DNA of 64,000 nt, taken from the NCBI GenBank assembly GCA_043228905.1, contig JBHGNT010000009.1:4092001-4156000 (forward strand), given 5' to 3'. The stretch's first letter is position 1; every line of letters begins with the position of its first letter. Below the pieces are notes generated by a model, which made no database searches, was not told the DNA's origin, and saw only the letters and a program-made list of their open reading frames with translations. This DNA comes from Azolla caroliniana (taxonomy: Eukaryota; Plantae; Polypodiophyta). A program made the translations under genes and the position numbers. This document shows, one piece after another, positions 37,463-49,997 of the stretch.

Positions 37463-40400
37463 TGAAAGAATTTCACTCCGATTCGAAATCAGAGATTGAA
37501 CTTAGACGCAAACAGAAATAAGAAAGAACACACAATTTACGTGGAAAACCCTGATTTAGGGAAAAACCACGGAACAGAGATTTCACTATGAGAAATGACA
37601 GAATACAATCACAGAACAATGAAACCTGATTTGGTATGAGCATATACTGAAACCACGATTTCAGTCAAGCTCTTCAAACTCTAGCACACATGTGACTATT
37701 CCTTTCGAAGCTTCCGAAGCTTCTCTGTCTTTTTCTCTTTTGCTTCACACTTCTTTTCTTCTTACTTAGCTTCTGAGTACGTATACTCTTGCACAGCCAC
37801 TACTGTGCAGAAAACCAGTCGTTCTCAGATTCACCGCACACACACTTCACGTTTATCTCTCAGATATATATATATATATATATATCTCACACCCTCACAT
37901 ACGTTATGTAGGTTTTCCCCCTTTTCTCACTATTTCACTCTTAGTGAGTTATCCCACATACAGGCGCACTACCAGGCCTGTCAGCATATATATACTAAGT
38001 CATTTTCTTCTTTGTATGTAGAAGACATATGTATATGTATATGTGTGTCTATTTGATTGAGTACGAATTTGACTCTCTCACCGAATTCGATCAGCTAACC
38101 CCCGATTCGGTTCTTCGCAACTGACTATTATTTTGCTTTCCGAATTTCGACCAAATTCGGTAATTCGGTTTTTCGGCCGATTTCAATAATTCGACTCTTT
38201 TCGGCTTTTCGGCCGATTTCGACCAGTCGACACTCAAGTCGACTTTTCGGCCGACTCCCCCGCAAGGAGGGACGCCTTTACACAACAAACTCCCCCTTCA
38301 CTCCTGTAGGGGGAGAACCAACCAAGCCAATCTTATTCCTGCATGCAACAAGTTTTTCCATAGGCAAAACTTTTGTGAGCATGTCTGAGCCATTTTCTTC
38401 AGTGGGGATCTTAGATAGAGCAAACTCATTTTCTTCCACTCTTTCTCTTAACCAATGGTACCTTCTTTGAATGTGCTTTGTACGAGAGTGGTAGGTAGCA
38501 TTTTTAGCCAGATGGATAGCACTTTGATTGTCACAATGAAGTAAGTACTTGTCTTGCTTCAATCCTAGTTCATTCAAGAACTCTCTCATCCAAATCAGTT
38601 CTTTTCCGGCTTCCACTGCAGCCATATACTCAGCCTCGGTGGTAGACAAAGCCACAACCTTTTGCAATCTTGATTGCCATGACACAGCTCCCCCTGAATA
38701 CATCATCACATACCCTGATGTGGATCGGCTAGAATCTACATCACCCGACATGTCAGAATCTGTAAAACCTTCTAGTACAGGTTTCCCGGAGCCATATCTA
38801 AGACATACATTCGAAGTTCCCTTGAGGTATCTAAGAATCCATTTCACAGCTTCCCAATGCTCCCTTCCAGGATTTCCCATGTATCTACTAACTGTCCCGA
38901 CAGCGAATGCAATGTCCGGCCTTGTGCAAACCATAGGATACATAAGGCTACCAACCGCAGAGGCATACGGCACTCTTCTCATCTCTGCCTTATCTTTCTC
39001 AGATTTCGGACATTGTCCTGAATTTAACTTACAGTCCATTGGCAATGGAGATCCGACTGATTTTGCATCGCGCATATTAAACCTTTGCAAAACTTTTGTC
39101 ACGTATTTCTCTTGTGACAGCCATAGCAAGTTTTCAGTCCTGTCCCGGACTATATGCATTCCCAAAATCTGTTTTGCCGGTCCTAAGTCTTTCATGGCAA
39201 ATGATTTGCTCAATGATTTCTTCAAGCTTGCAATCTTTTTGACATCCTGTCCAACAACCAACATATCATCCACATACAACAACAGAATAAGAAAGTCACC
39301 CTCATTATACCTTTTCACAAATACACAATGATCGGCTTGTGTTTTGTGGAATCCATGTTCCAACATGAAGGACTCAAATTTCTTATACCATTGTCGTGGA
39401 GCTTGCTTTAAACCATACAAGCTTTTCTTCAACCTACACACGAGATTTTCTTTTCCTTTTACCTCAAAGCCCTCCGGTTGTTGCATATAGATTTCCTCTT
39501 CTAGCTCACCATGCAAGAAGGCTGTTTTAACATCTAGTTGTTCGATTTCAAGATTCATACTAGCTGCCATACTCAAGACAGTCCGAATAGAGGTCATTTT
39601 TACAACTGGGGCAAAAATCTCATCGAAGTCAACACCCTTTTTCTGTTGGAAACCCTTTACGACGATACGGGCCTTATACCTGGGTGTACTACCATCTTCA
39701 CCAGTCTTTAATTTGTAGACCCATTTGTTTCTAAGTGCCTTCTTACCATCAGGCAACTCCATCAACTCATAAGTTAGGTTCTCATGCAAGGAATCCATTT
39801 CTTCTTGCATGGCATTATACCATTTCTCCTTGTGTGCATCAGTCATGGCCTCTTCATAGCATTCTGGTTCCCCTTCATCAGTCAAGAGAACATATTGACT
39901 GGCTGGATATCTAGAAGAGACCTTCCTTTGTCTTCGTGGATATCTTCTCCCTTCAATAATTGGCTGATGGCCGTTTTCTTCCAGCAACTCATCTTCCGAC
40001 TCTGACTCGTGTGTATCAGTCAGATGTTGGGTGTCGACCGACTCAGATTGTTGTTGGGTATCGACCGACTCAAATTCAATTTCATTAGCCGATTGTTGTG
40101 TGTGAGTCGGATCGACTAGTATTGACTCCATAGCAGTGGTCGATTTGGGAGACGACTCTGGTCTTTGTTGCTCCCAGTCCTCGATAGTCTTGTCTTCCAT
40201 GAATATGACATCTCGACTTCTTATCACTTTCTTGTCACGGAGATCCCACATTCTGTACCCGAACTCGTCTTCCGAGTACCCCAAGAATATACAAGGTTTG
40301 GACTTGCTGTCCAGTTTTGACCTCTGATCTTTAGCAACATGTACATAGGCCAAACATCCAAACACCTTTAAGTGCTGATAAGACACATTTCTCCTTGTCC

Positions 40401-43167
40401 ACACTCTTTGTGGTACATCCCCCTTCAAAGGCACTGATGGAGACCTGTTTATGAGATAAACAGCAGTCAACATTGCTTCAGCCCAATATGATTTTGGCAA
40501 TTTTGCATGTGCCAACATGCTTCTTACCCTTTCCATTATGGTCCGATTCATTCTTTCTGCTAGACCATTTAGCTCAGGTGTCTTCGGCACCGTATACTCA
40601 AGTTTGATGCCTTGAGTCTTGCAATACATTTCAAATTGGCCTCTATATTCGCCACCGTTATCTGTCCGGACAGCCTTCAGCTTTTGTCCGGATTCTCTTT
40701 CTGCCCTGGCATGAAACTCTTTAAAGACCGACAACACTTGGTCTTTAGACACCAGCACATAAGCCCACACTTTCCTACTGAAGTCATCAATAAATGTGAC
40801 AAAGTATTGTCCTCCACGATGAGATGGGGCATCAACATAACATACATCGGTGTGCACCAGCTCTAAGGCATGCTCTCTCCTCATTGGAGGCCTAGAGTGA
40901 AACGCTGTTCTATTTTGCTTTCCAGCGAGGCAATCCACACACCTTTCCAAATGCACTCCTTTCACCTCTGGTAGGAAATCCTTTTCCGCAAGGATATGCA
41001 TTCCCCTTTCACTCATATGTCCGAGCCTTTTATGCCACAACTCACCATCTGAGCCAGCCACTACATTTGCTTCCTCTCGACACAACTTCCCATGCATTAC
41101 ATACAGTGTGTTCTGTTTTTGGGCTCGAGCCACGATCAGGCTCCCTTTACAGAACTTCCATGAACCATTTTGGAAGCCACCGCTGTACCCTTCATCGTCT
41201 AGCCGTCCAGCCGATATCAAGTTCAACCTGACATCCGGAACATGACGTACATCCTTCAACATTAACCTGCAACCTGTAGATGTTAGCAAGCACACAGTTC
41301 CTATGCCCACAATCTTGCATTCCCCGTCATTTCCCATCTTTACATGACCATAGTCACCCGCTGTGTAGGATGAGAAACATTCTCTTTTGGGAGTTAGGTG
41401 AAATGATGCACCGGAATCCACTACCCATGAGCTCTCAGCACTTGCAAGATTCACACTAGCTTGTTCACATATGAACAACATCTCTTCCTCACTAGTTACG
41501 ATGGCTGAGGTATTTTTATCATCGGAGATTTTTCTAGGTTCGGTCTCATCAGCCATGCCTTTGTCCTTCCTAAGATGTCGACAATTCTTTTGGAAGTGAC
41601 CAGGCTTCCCACAATAAAAACATGTAGGTCTTCCTCTAGATTTCGACCTAAACCTATCCCCATTTTCTAGACTTCTATGTTCTCTTCTACCTCTACTAAA
41701 TTCTTGGGTCACATTAGCCTCCGATTGAGATAAAGTACTTTTATCCTTTCTTCTTGTCTCTTCATTTAGAATACTCGTTTTTACTACTTGTAAGGATAAG
41801 TTGTCTTCTTTACATGAAGTGCTGAGTGTTACTATTAGGTTTTCCCAACTATCGGGTAGAGTACATAATAAAAGTGTGGCCTGCATACAATCATCTAGTG
41901 GGAACTTTGATGATGCTAACTGATTCACTAGTCCCATAAACACACTAATGTGCTCTACTATACTCTCCCCATCTACATACTTCAGTCTCACTATCTTCCT
42001 CATCAAGAAGGTCTTATTTAAGGCATTTTTCCTTTCATAGAGGGCGGAAAGCTTATGCCATAGCTCGAAGGCATTTGTGTCACTCGCTACATGTTGTAGG
42101 ACACTAATGTCTACACATTGTCTTATGGTCGCCACTGCCTTCCTATTTAGGATTCTCCACTCCGAATCTATTACCCCCTTTGGTATATCCTTGTTTTCTA
42201 TGGGCTCATACAAGTCTTTTACTATTAGGAGATCTTCCATTTTGATCTTCCAATCTGAATAGTTCTGTGCGTTCAAGACAATCATCCCAGGAAAACCACT
42301 CACGCTCCCTTCCATCTAGAACCTTCGGCTCTGATACCAGTTTGAAAGAATTTCACTCCGATTCGAAATCAGAGATTGAACTTAGACGCAAACAGAAATA
42401 AGAAAGAACACACAATTTACGTGGAAAACCCTGATTTAGGGAAAAACCACGGAACAGAGATTTCACTATGAGAAATGACAGAATACAATCACAGAACAAT
42501 GAAACCTGATTTGGTATGAGCATATACTGAAACCACGATTTCAGTCAAGCTCTTCAAACTCTAGCACGCATGTGACTATTCCTTTCGAAGCTTCCGAAGC
42601 TTCTCTGTCTTTTTCTCTTTTGCTTCACACTTCTTTTCTTCTTACTTAGCTTCTGAGTACGTATACTCTTGCACAGCCACTACTGTGCAGAAAACCAGTC
42701 GTTCTCAGATTCACCGCACACACACTTCACGTTTATCTCTCAGATATATATATATATATATATATCTCACACCCTCACATACGTTATGTAGGTTTTCCCC
42801 CTTTTCTCACTATTTCACTCTTAGTGAGTTATCCCACATACAGGCGCACTACCAGGCCTGTCAGCATATATATACTAAGTCATTTTCTTCTTTGTATGTA
42901 GAAGACATATGTATATGTATATGTGTGTCTATTCGATTGAGTACGAATTTGACTCTCTCACCGAATTCGATCAGCTAACCCCCGATTTGGTTCTTCGCAA
43001 CTGACTATTATTTTGCTTTCCGAATTTCGACCAAATTCGGTAATTCGGTTTTTCGGCCGATTTCAATAATTCGACTCTTTTCGGCTTTTCGGCCGATTTC
43101 GACCAGTCGACACTCAAGTCGACTTTTCGGCCGACTCCCCCGCAAGGAGGGACGCCTTTACACAACA
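37463..43167 (-). mobile_element. Intact young Ty1/copia retrotransposon B, LTRs 42343-43167 (5') and 37463-38287 (3')
   Basis: 825-bp LTRs with three visible mismatches. TSD TAAAA at 37458-37462 and 43168-43172. PBS tRNA-iMet at 42327-42339; PPT at about 38288-38300. Confidence 0.97.
38278..42315 (-). CDS. Copia B Gag-Pol polyprotein (1345 aa)
   Basis: Uninterrupted ORF colinear with copia A: CFYCGKPGH, WVVDSGAS, LLLYVDDM, STTEAEY. Confidence 0.96.
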   Translation of the reverse strand: MEGSVSGFPGMIVLNAQNYSDWKIKMEDLLIVKDLYEPIENKDIPKGVIDSEWRILNRKAVATIRQCVDISVLQHVASDTNAFELWHKLSALYERKNALNKTFLMRKIVRLKYVDGESIVEHISVFMGLVNQLASSKFPLDDCMQATLLLCTLPDSWENLIVTLSTSCKEDNLSLQVVKTSILNEETRRKDKSTLSQSEANVTQEFSRGRREHRSLENGDRFRSKSRGRPTCFYCGKPGHFQKNCRHLRKDKGMADETEPRKISDDKNTSAIVTSEEEMLFICEQASVNLASAESSWVVDSGASFHLTPKRECFSSYTAGDYGHVKMGNDGECKIVGIGTVCLLTSTGCRLMLKDVRHVPDVRLNLISAGRLDDEGYSGGFQNGSWKFCKGSLIVARAQKQNTLYVMHGKLCREEANVVAGSDGELWHKRLGHMSERGMHILAEKDFLPEVKGVHLERCVDCLAGKQNRTAFHSRPPMRREHALELVHTDVCYVDAPSHRGGQYFVTFIDDFSRKVWAYVLVSKDQVLSVFKEFHARAERESGQKLKAVRTDNGGEYRGQFEMYCKTQGIKLEYTVPKTPELNGLAERMNRTIMERVRSMLAHAKLPKSYWAEAMLTAVYLINRSPSVPLKGDVPQRVWTRRNVSYQHLKVFGCLAYVHVAKDQRSKLDSKSKPCIFLGYSEDEFGYRMWDLRDKKVIRSRDVIFMEDKTIEDWEQQRPESSPKSTTAMESILVDPTHTQQSANEIEFESVDTQQQSESVDTQHLTDTHESESEDELLEENGHQPIIEGRRYPRRQRKVSSRYPASQYVLLTDEGEPECYEEAMTDAHKEKWYNAMQEEMDSLHENLTYELMELPDGKKALRNKWVYKLKTGEDGSTPRYKARIVVKGFQQKKGVDFDEIFAPVVKMTSIRTVLSMAASMNLEIEQLDVKTAFLHGELEEEIYMQQPEGFEVKGKENLVCRLKKSLYGLKQAPRQWYKKFESFMLEHGFHKTQADHCVFVKRYNEGDFLILLLYVDDMLVVGQDVKKIASLKKSLSKSFAMKDLGPAKQILGMHIVRDRTENLLWLSQEKYVTKVLQRFNMRDAKSVGSPLPMDCKLNSGQCPKSEKDKAEMRRVPYASAVGSLMYPMVCTRPDIAFAVGTVSRYMGNPGREHWEAVKWILRYLKGTSNVCLRYGSGKPVLEGFTDSDMSGDVDSSRSTSGYVMMYSGGAVSWQSRLQKVVALSTTEAEYMAAVEAGKELIWMREFLNELGLKQDKYLLHCDNQSAIHLAKNATYHSRTKHIQRRYHWLRERVEENEFALSKIPTEENGSDMLTKVLPMEKLVACRNKIGLVGSPPTGVKGEFVV

Positions 43168-46100
43168 TAAAAATCATGTGGATTCATAAGGAAAGGCATG
43201 CATAAGGAATCAACTATTAAACCATTGGCTCATGTGAAGATTTTGTTATTGCTCAACCAACGTGCTTGCTTATAGTGCTACCTAGGGGAGGGGGTGATGC
43301 AAGTTTTAAAAAACTTAACTTGCACCCTAAAAACAACATGGTGCACACCTATGAAAACATCTACGTAAGTTGCATACATGTCCATGGACATAGTTTTCCA
43401 CAACTACAACATTGCTTACAATTAAGGTTTATTAGCCATACTTTTGGATGTTCGGTTACTTGGTTGCGATGCTGCAACCATATGCATATTTTTTTCAACT
43501 CTATTAAAGTTTGGGCTCTATGAACAATCTCATTGACTGTCAAGTGTTAACCAAGCTCAAATTGTCTCCACATGGTCCTTTCAAGAAATCGCTATGGTTG
43601 TCTCCACATGCATGTTATATTTCTCATGATATTTCCATAACATAGCTATACTCACTTCTGTGAAGCAGCTTCTAGTACCAATCTTGAATAGACTATGTGG
43701 GGTTTCATCTCTTCTTGAGGTTCCCACCCCTAACTCGATAATATAATGCATTACAAAAGAAGTATTATCCATCATGCTATATAAATATATATACATACAA
43801 CATATTGGATAAAACAACTGTTAATTTATTTCGTTACGAGGATGACACTGTAGTCAAGCCTAATGGCTTTACCATACCGATTCAGATTGAAGGAAGAGAT
43901 GATGATGCATATATTAAGTATTTTCATGACTCTTTTAACACGGTGTGCTTGAGATTGTTTATAAGGAGCCAAAAAGACTCAGTGGAATAAATCACTTCAT
44001 GTATCATTTTGAACATAATAGCTTTTAAGAGTACTTAGGATGTATTCTATGCATCCTTTGATCTTTAAAAATGGTTGGATGCATGTCACATAATCTCACA
44101 TTGTTGATTTTCCTAAAATATTTTTTCATCGCAATTACAAAAAGCCTCCACATATTAAGTTCTAATTGTACCAATCATGGTGGCATCTAATATGATCACC
44201 ATTTCAGAATAATGCTACAATTGGGTGAAAATAATAGAGGATGTGGATTATGCTTAATCTAAATGTCTAACCTTGAAAAATTACACCGTATGGAACATGA
44301 TAATCATGCATGCATCCCCCTTTTATCGTAGAATTAGTGGTAATAATTTATGTCCAAGGCATTTAATTTTGAGGAGAAGAATCCACATTAAGCAATAGTT
44401 ATGGCGTGCACAATTTTCTGCACAATAATAATCCCTTTGAGCCAAGGCCCAAGCTTGACCTTCCAATTGTGTCATCGATATACCACAGGTCACTTAGTCT
44501 TATATTAGAGTACAACTAATAGATTCAAAAGGATGCTTGCTACCATTCCCAAATGGTTTGCCTGTAATGGGCATGTATTTACTTAATACTCTTTCCAAGC
44601 TTACATAAACCCACTTGTTTTATGGCCAAACCTACATATGAAGAGTCCAAGACCTACACAAAAGACATGGCATTGGATGGTAAGGTTTGCATAGACATTT
44701 CAATGTAAGCCAATTGTTTAAGCCAAATTATTATATGCACTAATTATTCACATTTTATAAATAGGTGGTTGTTCATTTCGAAGTCAAGGCGATTGTTCAA
44801 TATATTTTCCACATTCAGTTTATTCACTCTTTGGGGATTGACTAATGGTGGTTGGTGTTAAACAAGATAAACTTAGGGGATTAGGGTGAATAAAGAAAAC
44901 AAGTGCAATTGTTTCACCCTTGAACTTTAAGTGCTATGAGAACCAACTTGTAATGTGCACATCACTTGTATATAAAATAGACTCAAAAACTCATGATGAA
45001 CAACTCTCCAAGAAAGGTTATTAATATGTACACAAGGTAAGTTCCAAATATATTAAAGGGGATCATTAGTTATATTTGAAATCCACATTCCACAATCACT
45101 AAATAACATTGTTGCAATTCAAGCTTACTTGTTCACAATATGTCATTGTTGCAATATTTGATGATTCATTCATGATATGAAGGTGTTTTGCTTTGATGCT
45201 ATGCTAGTCCATTGCATGACAAGTCATACAATTATGTTAGATTTTTTGTTCATCGGTAATTCTACATCATGAACTCTTCAAGAAATTGAAATCAATATTA
45301 TATGTTAAAGTTTTTGTATCTAACCTAATTGTGTTGTATGAACCAAACATATGAAACAATATTTAGCTAATCGTAACTAACGACAAGAAGTTGCACCATA
45401 TATATGACCTCCTCCTTAATAATGTTAGTGGTATTTTGAGCAATGCATTTTAGGAGTAATCAACGTCTTTTGGCATTAGCTCTAGAGCTATAATTGAGTA
45501 ATTAACATCTTTTGGCAGTGAGAGTTTTTAATTAAGAAAATAACCTTATGTGAGTAATCTTCTAATTTGAAGATGACACCTTATATTTGGAAGTTACTAG
45601 CAACTATTTGATTTGTGTAGTGTTACAATTTGCGATATCACATGAGAAAGCATGAGAAACAATCCTTGCGTGCCATGTTTCCTTTCTCGTAATAACTAAC
45701 CCAAATCTAAATGGCAAGTATTGAGTTGATGACTTTATTTTACTTCAATTTTTATCAACACACCCACTTAATATGGATTGCTCTATATTATTAATCTCCG
45801 ACCAGAATATTATTTTATTTATATAGAATCGTACACAACGAACTAATCCATCTTAAGAACATGAATATATCTTCCAAATAATTCAACATTTTTATATACA
45901 TTCAAATACTCATAGTTTCAATGCCTTGAAAATACGTTTTAAAACATGGTTCAATTGTGAAACAATCTCTAGGAAATACGAATGGTTGTAAATGCTAATC
46001 ATAACCTCGATACTTGAATAATGTAATTAAGTTAAGAGCTCATAAGATATTGAGTCAAACATAATCATGCTTCGAGATATACAAGGTTCTTCCCTTAACA

Positions 46101-47142
46101 AGTGTTTGAGCATTTGAGTTTTGGAAAAAATTATCAAAAGAAAATGTAGCAAATCAATGTTATTGGTCCAATTTAAAATGTTGCATTCTTTTATGTTTTC
46201 TGATCTAGCTCATGACATACATTCACAACATCTATGATGTTATATTCTTAATATGGTTAAAGATACGTGTAGGTTTTTATTGTGAGGAATTAATGCACAA
46301 TAAACTCTTAACCAAGAAATTGTAGTTGTAAGACACATAATCTTCATATGTATTTCAATTCATGAGTCGCGAGCATTTGAGCATCTTATCACTTATTGAT
46401 TATTTCATAAATTATTTAAATATCGCACATCAATGTTGTATTAGTTTCTACATGTATGTGGCAAACATTACATGTAAAAATATAATGCCAACCATTATCG
46501 CCAGTCTATACAACATTCATCAACATGTTATTTATGTTTTTTCATTTATTTTCATCATATTCGAATTTGTCTTGAATACAAATGGTCATCAAACTCTCTT
46601 TTGAAAACGTCAACAGTGTAAGTTGGTTGCAGTTGGTTTAAACTACATCGAAATCACATATTCGTTTTGGATTTGGAATGCAAGACTTCTAAAGAGACAA
46701 AAAGAACACGTTTTCAATCCGACTCCTTAAATGCGAGGGGAGCTAAGAGGATAATTACCCTCGACAAGAAGAAAAGAGATGAAATTTATATGTTGATTTT
46801 TGACAAATGCCTTCGAGTTGGGGGGGGGGGGGGGTTGTTACGAGGGGTGTTTTGGGGAATAAAGAAAATGGAAGGGTATTTTGGGAAATAAAAGAAAATG
46901 GAAGAGCATTTGAGAGGGGTATTTGGGAAAATAACGAAAACCGAAGGTTATATTCTGTCTAAATAATGAAATGATCAATTTTCATTTTTTCGAAATCCTG
47001 TCGGGTTCGAAACTTCAGATAAAAATGGTGCGTAAAGAAGACGACGAAACTGAAGCAGAAAGCAGAAGAAGTCGAAAAACATACCGCAGAAACTGAAGAA
47101 GAAGACAAGGCCAAAGGAAGCAGGAGAAGAACAAAGAGTAGC

Positions 47143-47265
47143 AAGAAGAAGAAGAAGAAGAAGAAGAAGAAGAAGAAGAAGAACTTCAACGAAGAAGGAA
47201 AGAAGAAGAAGAAGAAGAATAAGGAAGTGGCCGAAGTAGAGCTAAAGAAGAAGAAGAAGAAGAAG
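47143..47265 (+). repeat. (GAA)n microsatellite tracts upstream of the HAD gene start
   Basis: Direct observation. Confidence 0.9.
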
Positions 47266-47293
47266 CTAGAGGAGGACGAATAAATTGCAGAAG

Positions 47294-48832
47294 ATGAGCT
47301 GTGAATCTGTATGCAGAGGATTTTTGCTTCGTCGCCAAAGCTTCAGGTCCCGAAATATAGCTTTAACGATGGATAACTCCAGATCTTGGTTTAGAAATCG
47401 CGGCAGGTCTCTTTCTGTTTCTTCCAAAGAAGAGTCTCTGGATATATCTCTGAGTGACTATGACGCTTTCAGACGCTCTCTCTGTGGTGGATCTCTCAAA
47501 TACAAAGCTTTGTTTGTTGATGCTGCTGGCACTCTCATCGTCCCTTCTCAACCTGCTGCTAAGGTATTTAGAAAGACTTAAAATTTCTTGTCTTTTCAAG
47601 TCTTCTGCTTCTTCTCAGAATCTTTTGCTCACAATGCACATATATTTGAACAGTTCCACGCCTCTTTGAAAACTAAACGTTTCTCAGAATTAAAAAAGCT
47701 TATGTTGTTTTTTTTCTCATAATCTTTTATTGACATTGGATTTTGTTACCATTTTTATACCTTTGTGGAAAACGTTTCTCAGAAGAAAGAATAGTTATCA
47801 GGTGAGTAAAAATTTTTCAAAGGAAAGAACAGTTGTTATGGAAACTATATATGTTATTTCCAAAGATATCTAGAGTCTACAGTCAATTTTTGGATGGACG
47901 TTGCTTCTATGATGCGCATTTTGAACATTTTCTTACCTATTTAACTACATCTTTTTAGCACAATGTGTATTTCAATGTGTTCATACCTGGTAGTAAATTT
48001 CTTAATAGAAAGTACAGCTGTCAGGGGTACCTTTTATTCTAAAGTATTTGAAACCTATTCTTGTCTTTCTCATAATCCTTCATTCATATATCATATATTT
48101 CCACATTTTTGTTCCTCTTTGAAAACGTTTCTCTAAAGAAAGTAGAAACTCTATGCCTGTTAGGACCTTCAGCAATGTATTTGCAATTCTTTTGTTCTGG
48201 AGTCAAAATATTGAGATGCATGTATTTAGAATGATTTCATTTTATTTCAAAATGTGTTAAGAGTTGTGCTCTCTACTTTCCTGTCAGGTTTATCAAACAA
48301 TTGGAAAAATGTATGGAGTGGATCTATCAGAAGCAGAGATTCTTGCTAGATACCGGTTGGCTTATGCGAAACCATGGTGCAACTCCCTTTTGAGGTGAAA
48401 ACTTTATTAAACTTTTGAATTTGCAAACTGAAGAAATTTTAATTGGAGCTTCAATGACTAACCTTGGATTATTTTTAAAGATTTAAAGATGATGCAAGGC
48501 CCTTTTGGCGTCACATTGTGGAGCTGTCAACAGGTTGCAAGGACCCTAACTATTCAGAAGAGTTGTATCAGTACTACACTAGTGCTGAGGTTAAGATTCT
48601 GCATTCTTTGTTGAAAATGTTTTGTTTATAAAGGGAACACATGAAATGTTCTTGAGTTTTTCATATATCCCAAGAAGCCCCTGGTCAACTCCCTTTCACC
48701 ATGTTGGATGATAAAGTGTTATGATAGTCTCTAAGGAGATAATTATGTGTACAAGGAACACCTTGTTAACTCCCTCTCACCATTATGATAAGCTTACATT
48801 GTGATTATGAACTTTATATGGCACGATAAATT

Positions 48833-48910
<78 letters not shown>

Positions 48911-49997
48911 AGGGAGGGAGGGAGGGAGGGAGAGAAAGAAAGAGAGAGATTTTCCCTATTTTATGTTTATTTGGATTGCGCAGGGGCATTTGGGTACATG
49001 GTGAAAAACTCAAAGAGTGTTTCAGACATTTTCCCTATTTTATGTTTATTTTAGTAAACTAACCTGTGATTTTTTTTCATCCTAACAGGCATGGAAATTA
49101 GTAGATCCAAATGCAGGAAGAATCTTTACAGAATTGAGGAATGCTGGTGTGAAACTTGCTGTTGTGTCTAACTTTGATACTCGTCTGAGGCCACTTATGA
49201 AGGCAATGGAGTGCCATGACTGGTTTGATGCACTCGCCATTTCTGCAGAGGTAGAAATGCTAGAATGTCTAATGTATACAAGGGTAGAACTCCCAAATGC
49301 TCTCGACTCCACTGAACACCCTTGAACCAATCCTCAAAAAGAGAAAGGGAACTATGACTTTATGATTGCTCCCACAACTCACATTATTGAGAAAAAAAGG
49401 CGATGAATTGTCTATATAATGAATCAAATAGCATATATAATTGAGAAAACTGGGACGAATTGATCATATTTTTGCTTAGATTACACATAAAATTTCTTTC
49501 AGGGTTAACTAAGGTATTTGGGGAATTTCCTTTCAAGGTTACTTCAAAGTTCTTTTTCTGTATGTAATATGTCTATATCAATGATCCAAATCAATTCTGT
49601 TTGGAATATGTTATATAACGTTGACTTGATGTCTCATTGCTGTATAATCCTATGAGGTATTGAGTTAATTGCCTTTAGTTTGTTGATGAACAGGTGGGTG
49701 CCGAAAAACCCAACCCAGCAATATTCTTGGCTGCATGTGAGTTACTGAAAGTGAAACCAGAAGAGGTGGTTCATGTAGGGGATGATCGAAGAAACGATGT
49801 CTGGGGGGCAAGGGATGCTGGTTGTGATGCATGGCTATGGGGTGAAGATGTGAACTCTTTTTTACAGGTAATTATTATTAACATAAAGGATTATACAATG
49901 TATTGAAATTCATTTCACTGAGTTCAAATATGAACAATGTGAAGTAATTGACATTTTGTAGGTGGCGGAGAAAATTGGTATTCAATTTGTGGAATAG
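47294..49997 (+). CDS. HAD-like hydrolase (HDHD3-like); exons 47294-47563, 48288-48394, 48481-48589, 49089-49250, 49694-49867, 49962-49997 (285 aa)
   Basis: Motif I LFVDAAGTL, motif II VVSNFD, EKPNP and HVGDD..ND..GA. GT-AG introns join in frame (858 nt). Ser/Arg-rich N-terminus resembles a transit peptide. Confidence 0.9.
48837..48948 (+). repeat. (AG)n/(GAGG)n microsatellite in HAD intron 3
   Basis: Direct observation. Confidence 0.95.

Noticed and set aside
37700-37725. GAAGCTTCCGAAGCTTC as a heat-shock element in the copia B LTR
   Set aside because: The spacing breaks the three-unit nGAAn register.
38278-38300. Copia B ORF reading through the PPT into the 3' LTR
   Set aside because: Adds only a few residues and is common in copia elements.
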